64,000 nucleotides of DNA from an uncultured Bdellovibrionales bacterium. GTDB taxonomy: Bacteria; Patescibacteriota; Minisyncoccia; Moranbacterales; DUUL01. The stretch is taken from positions 867-64,866 of the forward strand of contig CAYQVD010000005.1 in assembly GCA_964421125.1 (NCBI GenBank), read 5' to 3'. The notes under the pieces were generated by a model. The model saw only the letters and a program-made list of their open reading frames with translations, had not been told where the DNA came from and searched no databases. A program made the translations under genes and the position numbers. Positions 29,154-38,743 of the stretch are shown here, one piece after another. Each line of letters starts with the position of its first letter. Within the stretch, counting starts at the first letter, position 1.

Positions 29154-32100
29154 TTATTCTTCCAAAGAATTATCCTTTTTAGAAAAGTCTTTAATTTCCT
29201 CAGAAACACTTGTCTTTGTTTCAACGTTTCTGTCTTTTTTAATCAAACGGATATCAAGCGCGAGTGCCTTTAGTTCGTTAACAAGAACATGAAATGAAGC
29301 AGGAACATTCGGAGCCTTAATTGGCTCTCCTTTAATAATTGACTCGTAAGCACTTGATCGCCCAAGCACATCATCAGATTTAATAGTCAACATTTCCTGT
29401 AAAGTGTGAGCTGCACCATATCCTTCCAATGCCCAAACTTCCATTTCTCCAAATCTCTGTCCTCCAAATTGAGCTTTTCCACCCAAAGGCTGTTGAGTAA
29501 TCAATGAGTAAGGACCAATTGACCTCATATGAATCTTGTCTTCCACAAGATGATTCAGCTTCATAAAATACATAAAACCAACAGTAGTTGTTTCAGCAAA
29601 AGGTACACCATTCTTTCCGTTAACCAATTGCATTTTACCATTAGTATTTAATCCAGCTTTCTTAAGTTCTCCCTTAATCTCTTCTTCAGTCACTCCACTA
29701 AGAGATGGAGATGCTACCTTATATCCCAATACTCCAGTTGCCCAACCAAGATGAATTTCAAAAATCTGTCCAAGATTCATACGAGAAGGAACACCAAGTG
29801 GAGTTAGAATAATATCAACTGGAGTTCCATCTGGTAAGAAAGGCATATCTTCAACAGGAGCAATCTTTGAAATTACACCCTTGTTTCCATGACGTCCTGC
29901 TAATTTATCTCCAACGGAAACCTTTCGGAACTGAGCTATTGAAATTTGAATTTGTTGAATTACTCCAGCTGGAAGTTTATCTCCCTGCTCTCGTGAAAAC
30001 ACTTTAATATCAACCACCTTTCCACTTTCTCCATGAGGCAGATATAAAGAAGTGTCTTTAACATCTCGAGATTTTTCACCAAAAATTGCTCGAAGAAGTC
30101 TTTCTTCTGGGGTTAAATCTCCCTCTCCCTTTAATGTAACTTTTCCAATCAAAATATCTCCAGAATTTATTTCTGCTCCAATTCGAATCACACCAGTTTC
30201 ATCAAGATTTTTCAATCGATCTTCTCCAATATTTGGAATGTCTCTTGTTACTACCTCAGGTCCAAGCTTAGTATCTCGAACATCAACTTTAAGATCTTCA
30301 ATATGGATTGAACTATATCGATCATCATGTAAAAGTTTTTCAGAAATAATAATTGCATCCTCAAAATTAAATCCTTCCCATGGCATAAATGCCATTAAAA
30401 CATTCTGCCCAAGAGCAAGTTCTCCATTTTCAGTTGAAGCTCCATCAGCCAATAAATCTCCTCTTTTAACTTTTTGTCCTCTTGAAACTCGAGGCACTTG
30501 ATTCATACAAGTAAAAGCATTTGATTTAGCAAAATTATGAAGTGGATAATTTCTTTTTCCAGCCTTCTTTTTTCCCTCAGCAGCTTCTTTGACAACTATG
30601 TGACTTGCATCAACTTCAATAATTTCTCCATCAGCTCGAGCAAGAACAACTTGCCCAGAATCAGCTGCAGCTTTATCTTCTAATCCAGTCCCAACAATTG
30701 GAGATTGTGGCTTTACACAAGAAACAGCCTGTCGTTGCATATTTGATCCCATCAATGCTCGATTAGCATCATCATGTTCCAAAAAAGGAATCAAGGAAGT
30801 TGCCACTGAAATACATTGCTTAGAAGAAACGTCAATATACTCAAGATTCTCTTTTTCAACAGTTTGTGGTTCTCCTTCGTATCGAACTGCCACATGTTCC
30901 CCGAGAATATTCCCAATATCATCTTGGCTCACTCCTTCGTGAGCAATTTTATATTTTTCTTCAGCACTTGCATTCATATATTCAATTTTGTCACCAATAA
31001 ATGTAACAACTTTAATTTTGTCCTTAGCAGATTTCTTTATTTTTGCTATATTTTCAATTGTAATATGCTCACCTTTCTTCAAGATGACTTCACCTTTTTT
31101 ATCCTTAACATTCTCATCTAAAATTCTTCCTTCCCAATTCTTTGCATTAAGAGAAAGCTCTCTTTTAATCTTTCTATAAGGAGTTTCAATAAATCCATAT
31201 TCATTTATTCGAGCATAACAAGCTAAATGTCCAACCAAGCCAATATTCGGTCCCTCAGGCGTTTGCACTGGACAAATTCTTCCATAATGAGACGAGTGAA
31301 CGTCTCGAACCTCAAACCCTGCTCTTTCACGAGTTAATCCTCCAGGTCCCATCGCACTTAATCGTCTTTTATGCTCAAGTTCCGCTAATGGATTTACTTG
31401 ATCCATAAATTGAGAAAGCTGAGAAGAAGCAAAAAACTCCTTAATAATAGCAGCGACTGGTCGAGGATTTATTAAAAGTCCTGGAACAACAGTTGCACTA
31501 TCACAAGTACTCATACGATCTTTAATATTTCGACTCATTCGAGCCAATCCAATTCTAATTCTATTTTGAACTAATTCTCCAACTCCTCGTAACCTTCTTG
31601 ACCCAAGATGATCAATATCATCAGGTTTTCCTTGAGGATCATTGTTAAGATTGATTGCTTCTTTAATAATAGCAGAAAGTTCATCAAGTCCAAGAACCCT
31701 ATTTTCTTCTTTTCCTTCTTCTTTATTCATATTAAGTCTCATATTCAATCGATATCGTCCTACTCGACTGAAATCATATCGATCAAAACTAAAGAAAATA
31801 CTATCAACCATTTGTTTAGCATTCTCTTTAGTTGCTAGATCTCCCGGTCGAAGTCTTTTATAAATCTCCTTATATGCATCTCCAAGATTTTTCACTGGAT
31901 CCTTATTAAGTGTTTCCTGGATATAAGAAATTTCTCCATTATCAGTTTCTTTAAATGTCTTTAAAATCTTCTCATCAGTCTCCAAACCAAAAATTCTCAA
32001 AATTGAGGTTACTGGAATTTTTCTCTTTCTATCAATCTTAGCCCAAATTACTCCATCGAAGTCAGTTTCAAGTTCAAGCCAAGCACCTCGATTTGGAATA

Positions 32101-32606
32101 ATTTTTGCTCCAAAAAGCTTTCTTCCCTTATTATATTCCATTGTAAAGAAAACTCCTGGACTTCTGATAAGCTGAGAAACAACAACACGCTCAACTCCAT
32201 TAATAATAAAAGTTCCTCTATCAGTCATCAATGGAAAATCAGCTAAAAAAATTTCCTGCTCTCGAACTTCTCCAGTCTTTTTTAAAAGCAATGATGCCTT
32301 AATTCGAAGTGGTGCATCAAATGAAACATTTTTGTCTCGTGATGTAGCTTCATCATATTTTGACTCATCTAAGTAATACTCACCAAAAGACAGTTCCATT
32401 TCCTTATTAGTAAAGTCACCAATTGGAGAAACCTCATCCAACACTTCTCTTAATCCTCCTTCAAGCAACCAATCATAAGAAGCAGTTTGAGGTTCAATTA
32501 AGTTTGGCAATGAAACCATTGCACGCTTCTGGAAGAATTTTCTTTTCGAAAGACTTGAATGTGCGCTGAAACGTGATTTTACAGCAAGTTTTTTTTCTGT
32601 TGGCAT
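29154..32606 (-). CDS. rpoB: DNA-directed RNA polymerase subunit beta
   Basis: SQLSQFMDQ, GDKLAGRHGNKG and GGQRFGEME motifs. Confidence 0.99.
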   Translation of the reverse strand: MPTEKKLAVKSRFSAHSSLSKRKFFQKRAMVSLPNLIEPQTASYDWLLEGGLREVLDEVSPIGDFTNKEMELSFGEYYLDESKYDEATSRDKNVSFDAPLRIKASLLLKKTGEVREQEIFLADFPLMTDRGTFIINGVERVVVSQLIRSPGVFFTMEYNKGRKLFGAKIIPNRGAWLELETDFDGVIWAKIDRKRKIPVTSILRIFGLETDEKILKTFKETDNGEISYIQETLNKDPVKNLGDAYKEIYKRLRPGDLATKENAKQMVDSIFFSFDRYDFSRVGRYRLNMRLNMNKEEGKEENRVLGLDELSAIIKEAINLNNDPQGKPDDIDHLGSRRLRGVGELVQNRIRIGLARMSRNIKDRMSTCDSATVVPGLLINPRPVAAIIKEFFASSQLSQFMDQVNPLAELEHKRRLSAMGPGGLTRERAGFEVRDVHSSHYGRICPVQTPEGPNIGLVGHLACYARINEYGFIETPYRKIKRELSLNAKNWEGRILDENVKDKKGEVILKKGEHITIENIAKIKKSAKDKIKVVTFIGDKIEYMNASAEEKYKIAHEGVSQDDIGNILGEHVAVRYEGEPQTVEKENLEYIDVSSKQCISVATSLIPFLEHDDANRALMGSNMQRQAVSCVKPQSPIVGTGLEDKAAADSGQVVLARADGEIIEVDASHIVVKEAAEGKKKAGKRNYPLHNFAKSNAFTCMNQVPRVSRGQKVKRGDLLADGASTENGELALGQNVLMAFMPWEGFNFEDAIIISEKLLHDDRYSSIHIEDLKVDVRDTKLGPEVVTRDIPNIGEDRLKNLDETGVIRIGAEINSGDILIGKVTLKGEGDLTPEERLLRAIFGEKSRDVKDTSLYLPHGESGKVVDIKVFSREQGDKLPAGVIQQIQISIAQFRKVSVGDKLAGRHGNKGVISKIAPVEDMPFLPDGTPVDIILTPLGVPSRMNLGQIFEIHLGWATGVLGYKVASPSLSGVTEEEIKGELKKAGLNTNGKMQLVNGKNGVPFAETTTVGFMYFMKLNHLVEDKIHMRSIGPYSLITQQPLGGKAQFGGQRFGEMEVWALEGYGAAHTLQEMLTIKSDDVLGRSSAYESIIKGEPIKAPNVPASFHVLVNELKALALDIRLIKKDRNVETKTSVSEEIKDFSKKDNSLEE

Positions 32607-32640
32607 GAATGTATTTCGTTATTTGCTAAAAAATTCTATA

Positions 32641-32715
32641 AGAGTTTATTTGGAAATCCTTTTTTATTGCAATATATTAAACTTACAAAAAATATGGGAT
32701 TTTCAAATAAGCTCT
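32641..32715. repeat. 75-nt hairpin element in the rpoB leader
   Basis: AGAGTTTATTTGGAAATCCT / GGGATTTTCAAATAAGCTCT 20-bp stem with G·T wobbles on +. Confidence 0.6.
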
Positions 32716-32951
32716 AGAGCATATACGCTTACAATCTTTAAAAATAAGATATTAAACATATAAGACTTAAATTCTGCAACGATCTCTAGTGGAAGACAAA
32801 AAAGCAACCAGCGTAACTGATCCTTTCTGTGAATTGGATTTTAATAGACGACAATTTTATTCATTTGTACTCCCCTAATTAGAGCTTGGCTCCTTTTTTA
32901 CTAGCTTTAACTAGTATTGTTAGCGTGTAAAATTTATTCTACACACTTTAT

Positions 32952-33233
32952 TTAGTTTGTCAAACAATAACACCCCGCCTCTGCGACGGTTTTGGCAATT
33001 CTTGTTGAACTGTATGTCGTTTCATCTGAATCGACTTCTATATTGTTCAATTGTTCTTTCTTTATTCTATTCTTTTCTAAAATCTTGTCAATATTCACTA
33101 AAAGCTTTAGCGAAAGATTATTCTCCTCTTGCCAACTCATCTTATCAATAATATTAAATTCCTTTTCTCGCAAAAGTTGTAATTCAATTTGTTGACCCTT
33201 AATCAAAATTTTAATCAAAAATTCTTTTTTCAT
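32952..33233 (-). CDS. Miniature TsaB-like protein (N-terminal ASKHA fragment)
   Basis: LLVNIDKIL…LNNIEV…TYSSTRIAKTVA resembles the TsaB segment LxxIxxLL…I.V..GPGSFTGxRIG. Confidence 0.55.
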   Translation of the reverse strand: MKKEFLIKILIKGQQIELQLLREKEFNIIDKMSWQEENNLSLKLLVNIDKILEKNRIKKEQLNNIEVDSDETTYSSTRIAKTVAEAGCYCLTN

Positions 33234-33271
33234 TTTTCAATTAGATCACCAAGAATTAATAAAATTATCTG

Positions 33272-33343
<72 letters not shown>

Positions 33344-33370
33344 AAATATTTGAACTTCAAAGCAATTTTG

Positions 33371-33398
33371 ATTATATATGAATTTTAAAAAAATTCAA
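33371..33398 (-). promoter_or_regulatory. Promoter for tRNA-Gly (and possibly the rpoBC operon)
   Basis: TTGAAT-16 nt-TATAAT. Confidence 0.55.
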
Positions 33399-33498
33399 GT
33401 CTTGAATTATATCATCAAGATTATCAATTGAAAATACTTCTATTTTCATGCGTATTAGTTAAATATAGAAAAATGTAATTTTAATAATAAAACAAAGA

Positions 33499-33527
33499 TT
33501 GACATTTTATTCTTACTACAGTACCAT
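33499..33527 (+). promoter_or_regulatory. Putative sigma70 promoter
   Basis: TTGACA-17 nt-TACCAT. Confidence 0.55.
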
Positions 33528-33724
33528 GAAAAATCAACTTGAATAAATAACAATCAAAACAATAACTAATATTCTGGTTTTTTATTAAAAATTTCTACAA
33601 AGCAGTTAATCTGTAAAAATATAAAAATTTACATTTTAGACTTGCATGAAATAATTTTTTAGTTTATTATTAAGTTAAAGAATTTACAGAAAACAAAAAT
33701 AAATAACCAAAATAAAAAAAGTAT

Positions 33725-34591
33725 ATGAACGATACAAAGGGGAAAGATTCTTCTAATGAAGATGCTTTACAGCAAGAAAAAGTAGAATCTTTACAAAAAA
33801 TGATAGATACTGCTGAACAGACAATTACATCTGCTAGACAAATGCTTGCTCAAATGCAAGGAGCCCCAAAGCAATCAAAGTATCAATCAACTAATTCAAA
33901 GGATGATGGAAAAGTTGTTTATGGAAACTTTGATGGACAAATCATGGTTGGAGATGACGGAAAACAATATCCCGTTCCAGCTAATTATGCTTCAAAATCG
34001 AAAATCGTTGAGGGTGACATGCTCAAACTTATCATCACTCCAGACGGAAGTTTTATTTACAAACAAGTCGGTCCAGTTGAAAGAAAATATTTGATTGGAA
34101 TTGTTGAAGCTGACGAAAGAGGAAATTACATCGTTAATGCTGAGGGAGAGAAATATAAAGTTCTTCTTGCAGCTGCCACTTATTTTAAGATAGAATTTGG
34201 AGATGAAGTAACACTCGTTGTCCCTCGTGACCACGCTCCAGTTTGGGGTGCAATTGAAAATATTCTAAGGAAAGCTGAAGATGTCAATGACCCTACTGAA
34301 ACCTATTCAAATATTCCAGAAGACGAGGAAAACATAGAGAATGATCAAAATGAAGAATTAGAAGAAAACTCCCCCGTTAATATTAAAGATGACGAAGAAA
34401 ACAATGAAACAAAAGCTGACGAAGAAGAACATATTTCAGCAATTGAAAGACTTCAAAAAGAAATTGAAGAAGAAAGAAAGAAAAAACATTCTGATACAGA
34501 TATAATAGATGAATGGATGCCAGACATCGAGCAAATTAAAAAAGAAGCTAGCCATCCAGCTGGCGCCAACTCTGATCAATTAGAAAAATAG
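33725..34591 (+). CDS. Conserved CPR-type hypothetical protein with acidic tail
   Basis: FDGQIMVGDDGKQYPVPANYASKSK…GSFIYKQ core, N-terminal coiled coil. Confidence 0.75.
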   Translation: MNDTKGKDSSNEDALQQEKVESLQKMIDTAEQTITSARQMLAQMQGAPKQSKYQSTNSKDDGKVVYGNFDGQIMVGDDGKQYPVPANYASKSKIVEGDMLKLIITPDGSFIYKQVGPVERKYLIGIVEADERGNYIVNAEGEKYKVLLAAATYFKIEFGDEVTLVVPRDHAPVWGAIENILRKAEDVNDPTETYSNIPEDEENIENDQNEELEENSPVNIKDDEENNETKADEEEHISAIERLQKEIEEERKKKHSDTDIIDEWMPDIEQIKKEASHPAGANSDQLEK

Positions 34592-34604
34592 ATTTTTATA
34601 ATTC

Positions 34605-34661
34605 ACCCTGTTAAATCTCGCTTTGCGGGAAATTCGCAGGAACAAATTTATTTAACAGGGT
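34605..34661. repeat. Palindromic repeat family A, long copy
   Basis: Perfect 12-bp inverted repeat ACCCTGTTAAAT…ATTTAACAGGGT with inner CTCGC-TTT-GCGGG hairpin. Confidence 0.7.
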
Positions 34662-34673
34662 AAAAAAACAAAA

Positions 34674-35297
34674 ATGAAAAATCTTAAAACCAACTTAATT
34701 CCAAAAGATTATTTTTTAGTATCTTTTATTGCTGTATCGTTTTCTATCTTTGTTATTCCCATTATTAAAAATGTTGTAGCAATAAAAATTACTTATGCAA
34801 TAATAATCGCTGAAATTATCCTCCTTCTAATATTAGCCAATCTGGCTCTCTGGGTTGCATCTTTATTAGCAAAAAAAATTCCAATCATTCTTCAATTAGC
34901 TAAGTTTGTTGCTGTTGGAGTCTTCAATACCTTCCTTAACTGGGGAGTTGTTAATCTACTTATGTTCCTAACTCAGGCATTTGAAGGATTACTATATACT
35001 GTCTATATCATTATTGCTTTCATAATCGCTAATTTCGCCAGCTTCTTCTGGAATAAATACTGGGTCTTTCCTAAAGACAAAAAAAATCAAGACAGTGCCG
35101 AAAAAGATTATTTACAGTTCCTTCTTGTTAGTGTAATTGGGCTCCTTATTCAAGCAGGAATTGCAACTGCTTGGGTTGGGCTTATTCCAACTACTTCCAG
35201 TGCTCCACTTTGGGCAAACATCGGCTTAATTCTCGGAACTGTCTTTTCAATGGTTTGGAACTTTCTTGGATATAAATTTATCGTTTTCAAGAAATAG
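34674..35297 (+). CDS. GtrA family protein
   Basis: QLAKFVAVGVFNT, SFFWNKYWVF and WNFLGYKFIVF motifs. Confidence 0.9.
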   Translation: MKNLKTNLIPKDYFLVSFIAVSFSIFVIPIIKNVVAIKITYAIIIAEIILLLILANLALWVASLLAKKIPIILQLAKFVAVGVFNTFLNWGVVNLLMFLTQAFEGLLYTVYIIIAFIIANFASFFWNKYWVFPKDKKNQDSAEKDYLQFLLVSVIGLLIQAGIATAWVGLIPTTSSAPLWANIGLILGTVFSMVWNFLGYKFIVFKK

Positions 35298-35377
35298 TCT
35301 TTTTATATCTCGCAAAAGGGGCCTACAATGGCTTCTTTTTTATTTTAAATTTTTCCAAATTAAGATCCCTTTTTTAC

Positions 35378-35512
35378 AAGACACAATATGTCATTTTTTG
35401 AACGTAATGGTATTAAAACAGAAAACTTATCCTTTGAGTAAATGTCTCTTTAGCTACTTAAATATTTGAAAGCAAAAATAAATTCAGTGAAAAAAATTAC
35501 ATATTGTGTCTT
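35378..35512. repeat. 135-nt element bounded by a 22-bp inverted repeat
   Basis: AAGACACAATATGTCATTTTTT / AAAAAATTACATATTGTGTCTT. Confidence 0.6.
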
Positions 35513-35542
35513 AACAATCCAATCCTTAAAAAATTTACCGAA

Positions 35543-35572
35543 TTGACTCTCAACACTGATTGCATGTATAAT
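35543..35572 (+). promoter_or_regulatory. dnaX promoter
   Basis: TTGACT-18 nt-TATAAT. Confidence 0.6.
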
Positions 35573-35615
35573 CAAAAAGAAGTTACACTTTAATCTCCTA
35601 TAATAACCGCTAATT

Positions 35616-37298
35616 ATGGCAACTCTTTACCGGAAATATCGTCCAACAAAATTTTCTGAAACAACTGGTCAACGTCACGTGGTACGAACACTTTCAGGCG
35701 CAATTAAAAATAATCGAATTGGTCATGCTTTCCTTCTTACTGGTCCTCGAGGAATTGGAAAAACAACTCTAGCTAGAATCTTTTCAAAGACCGTTAATTG
35801 TCTTGATCCACAAAAATCAGAAGAAGATACCATTGCAATTGAACCTTGTAACAAATGCGAGAATTGCAAAAAAATTATGGAGAATAAGGCAATTGATATG
35901 ATTGAGATTGATGCTGCTTCACATACGGGAGTTGATAATATTCGTCAATTAAAAGAAGGGATTAATCTCCCACCAACTGGATTGAAATACAAGATGTATA
36001 TTATCGATGAAGTTCACATGCTTTCAATCGGAGCATTCAATGCTCTCTTAAAAACACTGGAAGAGCCCCCAGCTCATGCAATCTTCATTCTTGCAACCAC
36101 TGAACTTCATAAGGTACCAGAAACGATTATATCAAGATGTCAGCGTTTCGATCTGCATCGACTCACTCAAAATCAAATCATTGAAAGACTGAAACAAATC
36201 TCAAAAAGTGAAAAAGTTGAAGTTGAAATTGAAGCCCTAGAGAACATCGCCCTTGAATCTGAAGGAGGAATGCGAGATGCTGAATCTCTCCTAGGACAAA
36301 TACTTTCATTTGAAGATAAAAAAATAACTGCTAAGGAGGTTAGTAAAATTCTTGGAACATCGTCTCGAAAAAATGTTCTTGATTTTCTAAAAACTATTAT
36401 CGAAAATGACACTGAATCCACAATAAATCTAATCAATAAACTTCAAGATGAGGGCTTTAATTTAAGAAACTTCAATAAGCAACTCCTTTCTCTATTAAGA
36501 AGCTGTCTAATTGCAAAAATAAATCCAGGATCTTTTTCAAAAATCATAACAAACCTCACAAAAGAACAATCTGAATTAATTAATTCCATTGCACAAAAAA
36601 CTGAACTCCCAACACTATTGAAGCTAACAGAGTTATTCCAAAAAAGTCTTCTTAAATTCAAAGAGACTTCAATTCCCCAACTCCCTCTTGAAATAGCTAT
36701 AATTGAACATCATATTTTAACTACAAAGCCTGCAGAAACTCAAACCAAAAGTAATCCTCAATCAACCCAGGAAAATCAAAAAAAAAATCCTTCTGAAATA
36801 AAAGAAGTAAAAACAGCTATTTCTAAGATAATTACGAGAGAAATAGAGCCTTCTATAGAAGCTTCTACAGAAGCCTCTACTAAAAAAACGAAAAACTCCA
36901 ATGAAAAAAATGAACAAAAAACACCCCTGTCTAATTCAAAACAAATAAAAACCTCCTTAGGAGACATTATTGAAAAATGGAGCGAACTTATTGAGATAGT
37001 TAAGCCAGCTAATCATTCTATTCATGCTTTCTTAAAAAACTGTGTTCCAGCTGGAATTTCAGATAATAAGCTATATATAAAAACCAAGTATGACTTCTAT
37101 AAAGACAAGCTTAATGAGGCTAGTAGTAAGTTGACAGTTCAAGAGGCTCTTGCTAAAATCACCAAAGAAAAAATATCAGTTATAGTAATAACGGAAAAAG
37201 AAGTAGTGGGAATGAAATTCAATGAAAAAGAAAGTGGACCAGGAGAAAAAAACGTCCTCCACGATGCAATGCAGATGATTGGAGGAAAATTAGTTTAG
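35616..37298 (+). CDS. dnaX: DNA polymerase III subunit gamma/tau
   Basis: LYRKYRP, GPRGIGKTT, EIDAAS, IDEVHML, LKTLEEPP and SRC motifs. Confidence 0.97.
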   Translation: MATLYRKYRPTKFSETTGQRHVVRTLSGAIKNNRIGHAFLLTGPRGIGKTTLARIFSKTVNCLDPQKSEEDTIAIEPCNKCENCKKIMENKAIDMIEIDAASHTGVDNIRQLKEGINLPPTGLKYKMYIIDEVHMLSIGAFNALLKTLEEPPAHAIFILATTELHKVPETIISRCQRFDLHRLTQNQIIERLKQISKSEKVEVEIEALENIALESEGGMRDAESLLGQILSFEDKKITAKEVSKILGTSSRKNVLDFLKTIIENDTESTINLINKLQDEGFNLRNFNKQLLSLLRSCLIAKINPGSFSKIITNLTKEQSELINSIAQKTELPTLLKLTELFQKSLLKFKETSIPQLPLEIAIIEHHILTTKPAETQTKSNPQSTQENQKKNPSEIKEVKTAISKIITREIEPSIEASTEASTKKTKNSNEKNEQKTPLSNSKQIKTSLGDIIEKWSELIEIVKPANHSIHAFLKNCVPAGISDNKLYIKTKYDFYKDKLNEASSKLTVQEALAKITKEKISVIVITEKEVVGMKFNEKESGPGEKNVLHDAMQMIGGKLV

Positions 37299-37374
37299 TT
37301 TTTAGATAGTAGTTAATAGTTTTTAGTTATCTTTTTTAATTACTCAATCTACCAACTAATAACTACAAACTAAA
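37294..37374. repeat. Heptamer-periodic inverted repeat (5x TAGNNNN / 4x CTANNNN)
   Basis: tagtttt tagatag tagttaa tagtttt tagttat … ctaccaa ctaataa ctacaaa ctaaaat. Confidence 0.6.
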
Positions 37375-37375
37375 A

Positions 37376-37447
37376 TGGGGAGTAGCCAAGCGGTAAGGCA
37401 CACGGTTTTGATCCGTGTATGCGGGGGTTCGAATCCCTCCTCCCCAA
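37376..37447 (+). tRNA. tRNA-Gln (TTG)
   Basis: TGGGGAG acceptor stem, CACGG-TTTTGAT-CCGTG anticodon arm, GGTTCGAATCC. Confidence 0.96.
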
Positions 37448-37538
37448 CATTCATATTAAGAAACATTCAATTCAGATTGGGTGTTTTTTAATATTCATTT
37501 TATGAGAAGCTTAAAACTATCTTATGTCAAGAAATAAC

Positions 37539-38726
37539 TTAATAACTATTAAAGATTCCATAAGGAGTATCAAGAACTACTTTATTTCCCTTATTTTCGT
37601 TAGATTCGCAAATTCCAAGATCAAATAATTCAACACCAGTTTCAGTTGATATTTCCTGAAGGATTTTTTCAAATTCAATATTGTCCTCACCAACAACATC
37701 AATTCCCACACCACAATTAAAATCCTCGAACATCTCTTCCCACGTAGTACCTGATTCATTTTGAATAAGTTGAAAAATTCCAGGCGGACTCAACATTTTC
37801 TTTTTGTATAAAATATCTTGACCAATATGACCAATTTTTGTGGCACCTCCTCCCGTATTCATGCTAATCCCATGAAGCATTTCAAGCATATTCTCTTCTT
37901 TGAGTTTCTTAACTATTCTTTTTATAACAATCGCCCACTGTCTAGTTGGAGAAAGAATGGCTTCACTTACGGTCATCCCTCCTAATGTCGCTGGTTTATC
38001 ATCGACAAGATATTTGCCTCTATAACCATGATTGCCACCACTTAAAAATGGATACTTTTCTGAATATTTTGAATTCATTAAATCAATTCTTGATAAAGAA
38101 ACTCCATTAGACATTAAACCAGAATTTTTCTCAGTTTCCCATTTAGCCTTCCCATCACTAGCAAACCCATATATTTTGTCTCCTGGTTTAATATTACCGG
38201 AAATTACATCCGACTTTTTTGTTCTAGCATATATAGACACATCAAAAATCATACTTTGAACTTGAGTCGGAAGATCTGCAGTTTCACCACCAAGAAAATA
38301 AGTCATATCAAACCCGTGTTTTTTATACATCTCCAATAATTCAGAAATACGCAATGCAATTTGTTCCATTATTAAATCCTTTGGCAGATTAATTGCATTA
38401 ATATTAATAACATCAGTTATAACCCATTTACCTGATAAAAATCCGCTAGCAGCAATGTCTCCCGTATTCATAGATATAGCATCATCTACTGCTCCCTGAA
38501 AAATAGTCTTGTCCCCAGTTTCAAAATAATGCAAAGCGCGTTGAACAATCTTACTTCCATCACCGTCCATATGTTGAGTAAAAACAGTTTCAGGAATTTC
38601 TGGATCATTAACAATATTCACAAATGCATTAGGATAATCATTCGCAATATGCTTTTTAAATATTTTTCTAACACTTGTCTTTCCAGCATCAATTCCAAGT
38701 TCTTGATATTTATTTGATTTATTCAT
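37539..38726 (-). CDS. purM: AIR synthase (PurM family)
   Basis: YQELGID, HMDGDGSK, GGETAD, NTGGG and FNCGVG motifs; purine cluster context. Confidence 0.8.
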   Translation of the reverse strand: MNKSNKYQELGIDAGKTSVRKIFKKHIANDYPNAFVNIVNDPEIPETVFTQHMDGDGSKIVQRALHYFETGDKTIFQGAVDDAISMNTGDIAASGFLSGKWVITDVININAINLPKDLIMEQIALRISELLEMYKKHGFDMTYFLGGETADLPTQVQSMIFDVSIYARTKKSDVISGNIKPGDKIYGFASDGKAKWETEKNSGLMSNGVSLSRIDLMNSKYSEKYPFLSGGNHGYRGKYLVDDKPATLGGMTVSEAILSPTRQWAIVIKRIVKKLKEENMLEMLHGISMNTGGGATKIGHIGQDILYKKKMLSPPGIFQLIQNESGTTWEEMFEDFNCGVGIDVVGEDNIEFEKILQEISTETGVELFDLGICESNENKGNKVVLDTPYGIFNSY

Positions 38727-38743
38727 GAGAATTTTAAAATCAA

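Noticed and set aside
33725-34591. Ribosomal protein L7/L12 assignment based on proximity to rpoB
   Set aside because: The sequence lacks L7/L12 motifs and is transcribed divergently from rpoB.
35298-35615. SRP RNA (ffs) upstream of dnaX
   Set aside because: No conserved SRP domain IV motif was seen.
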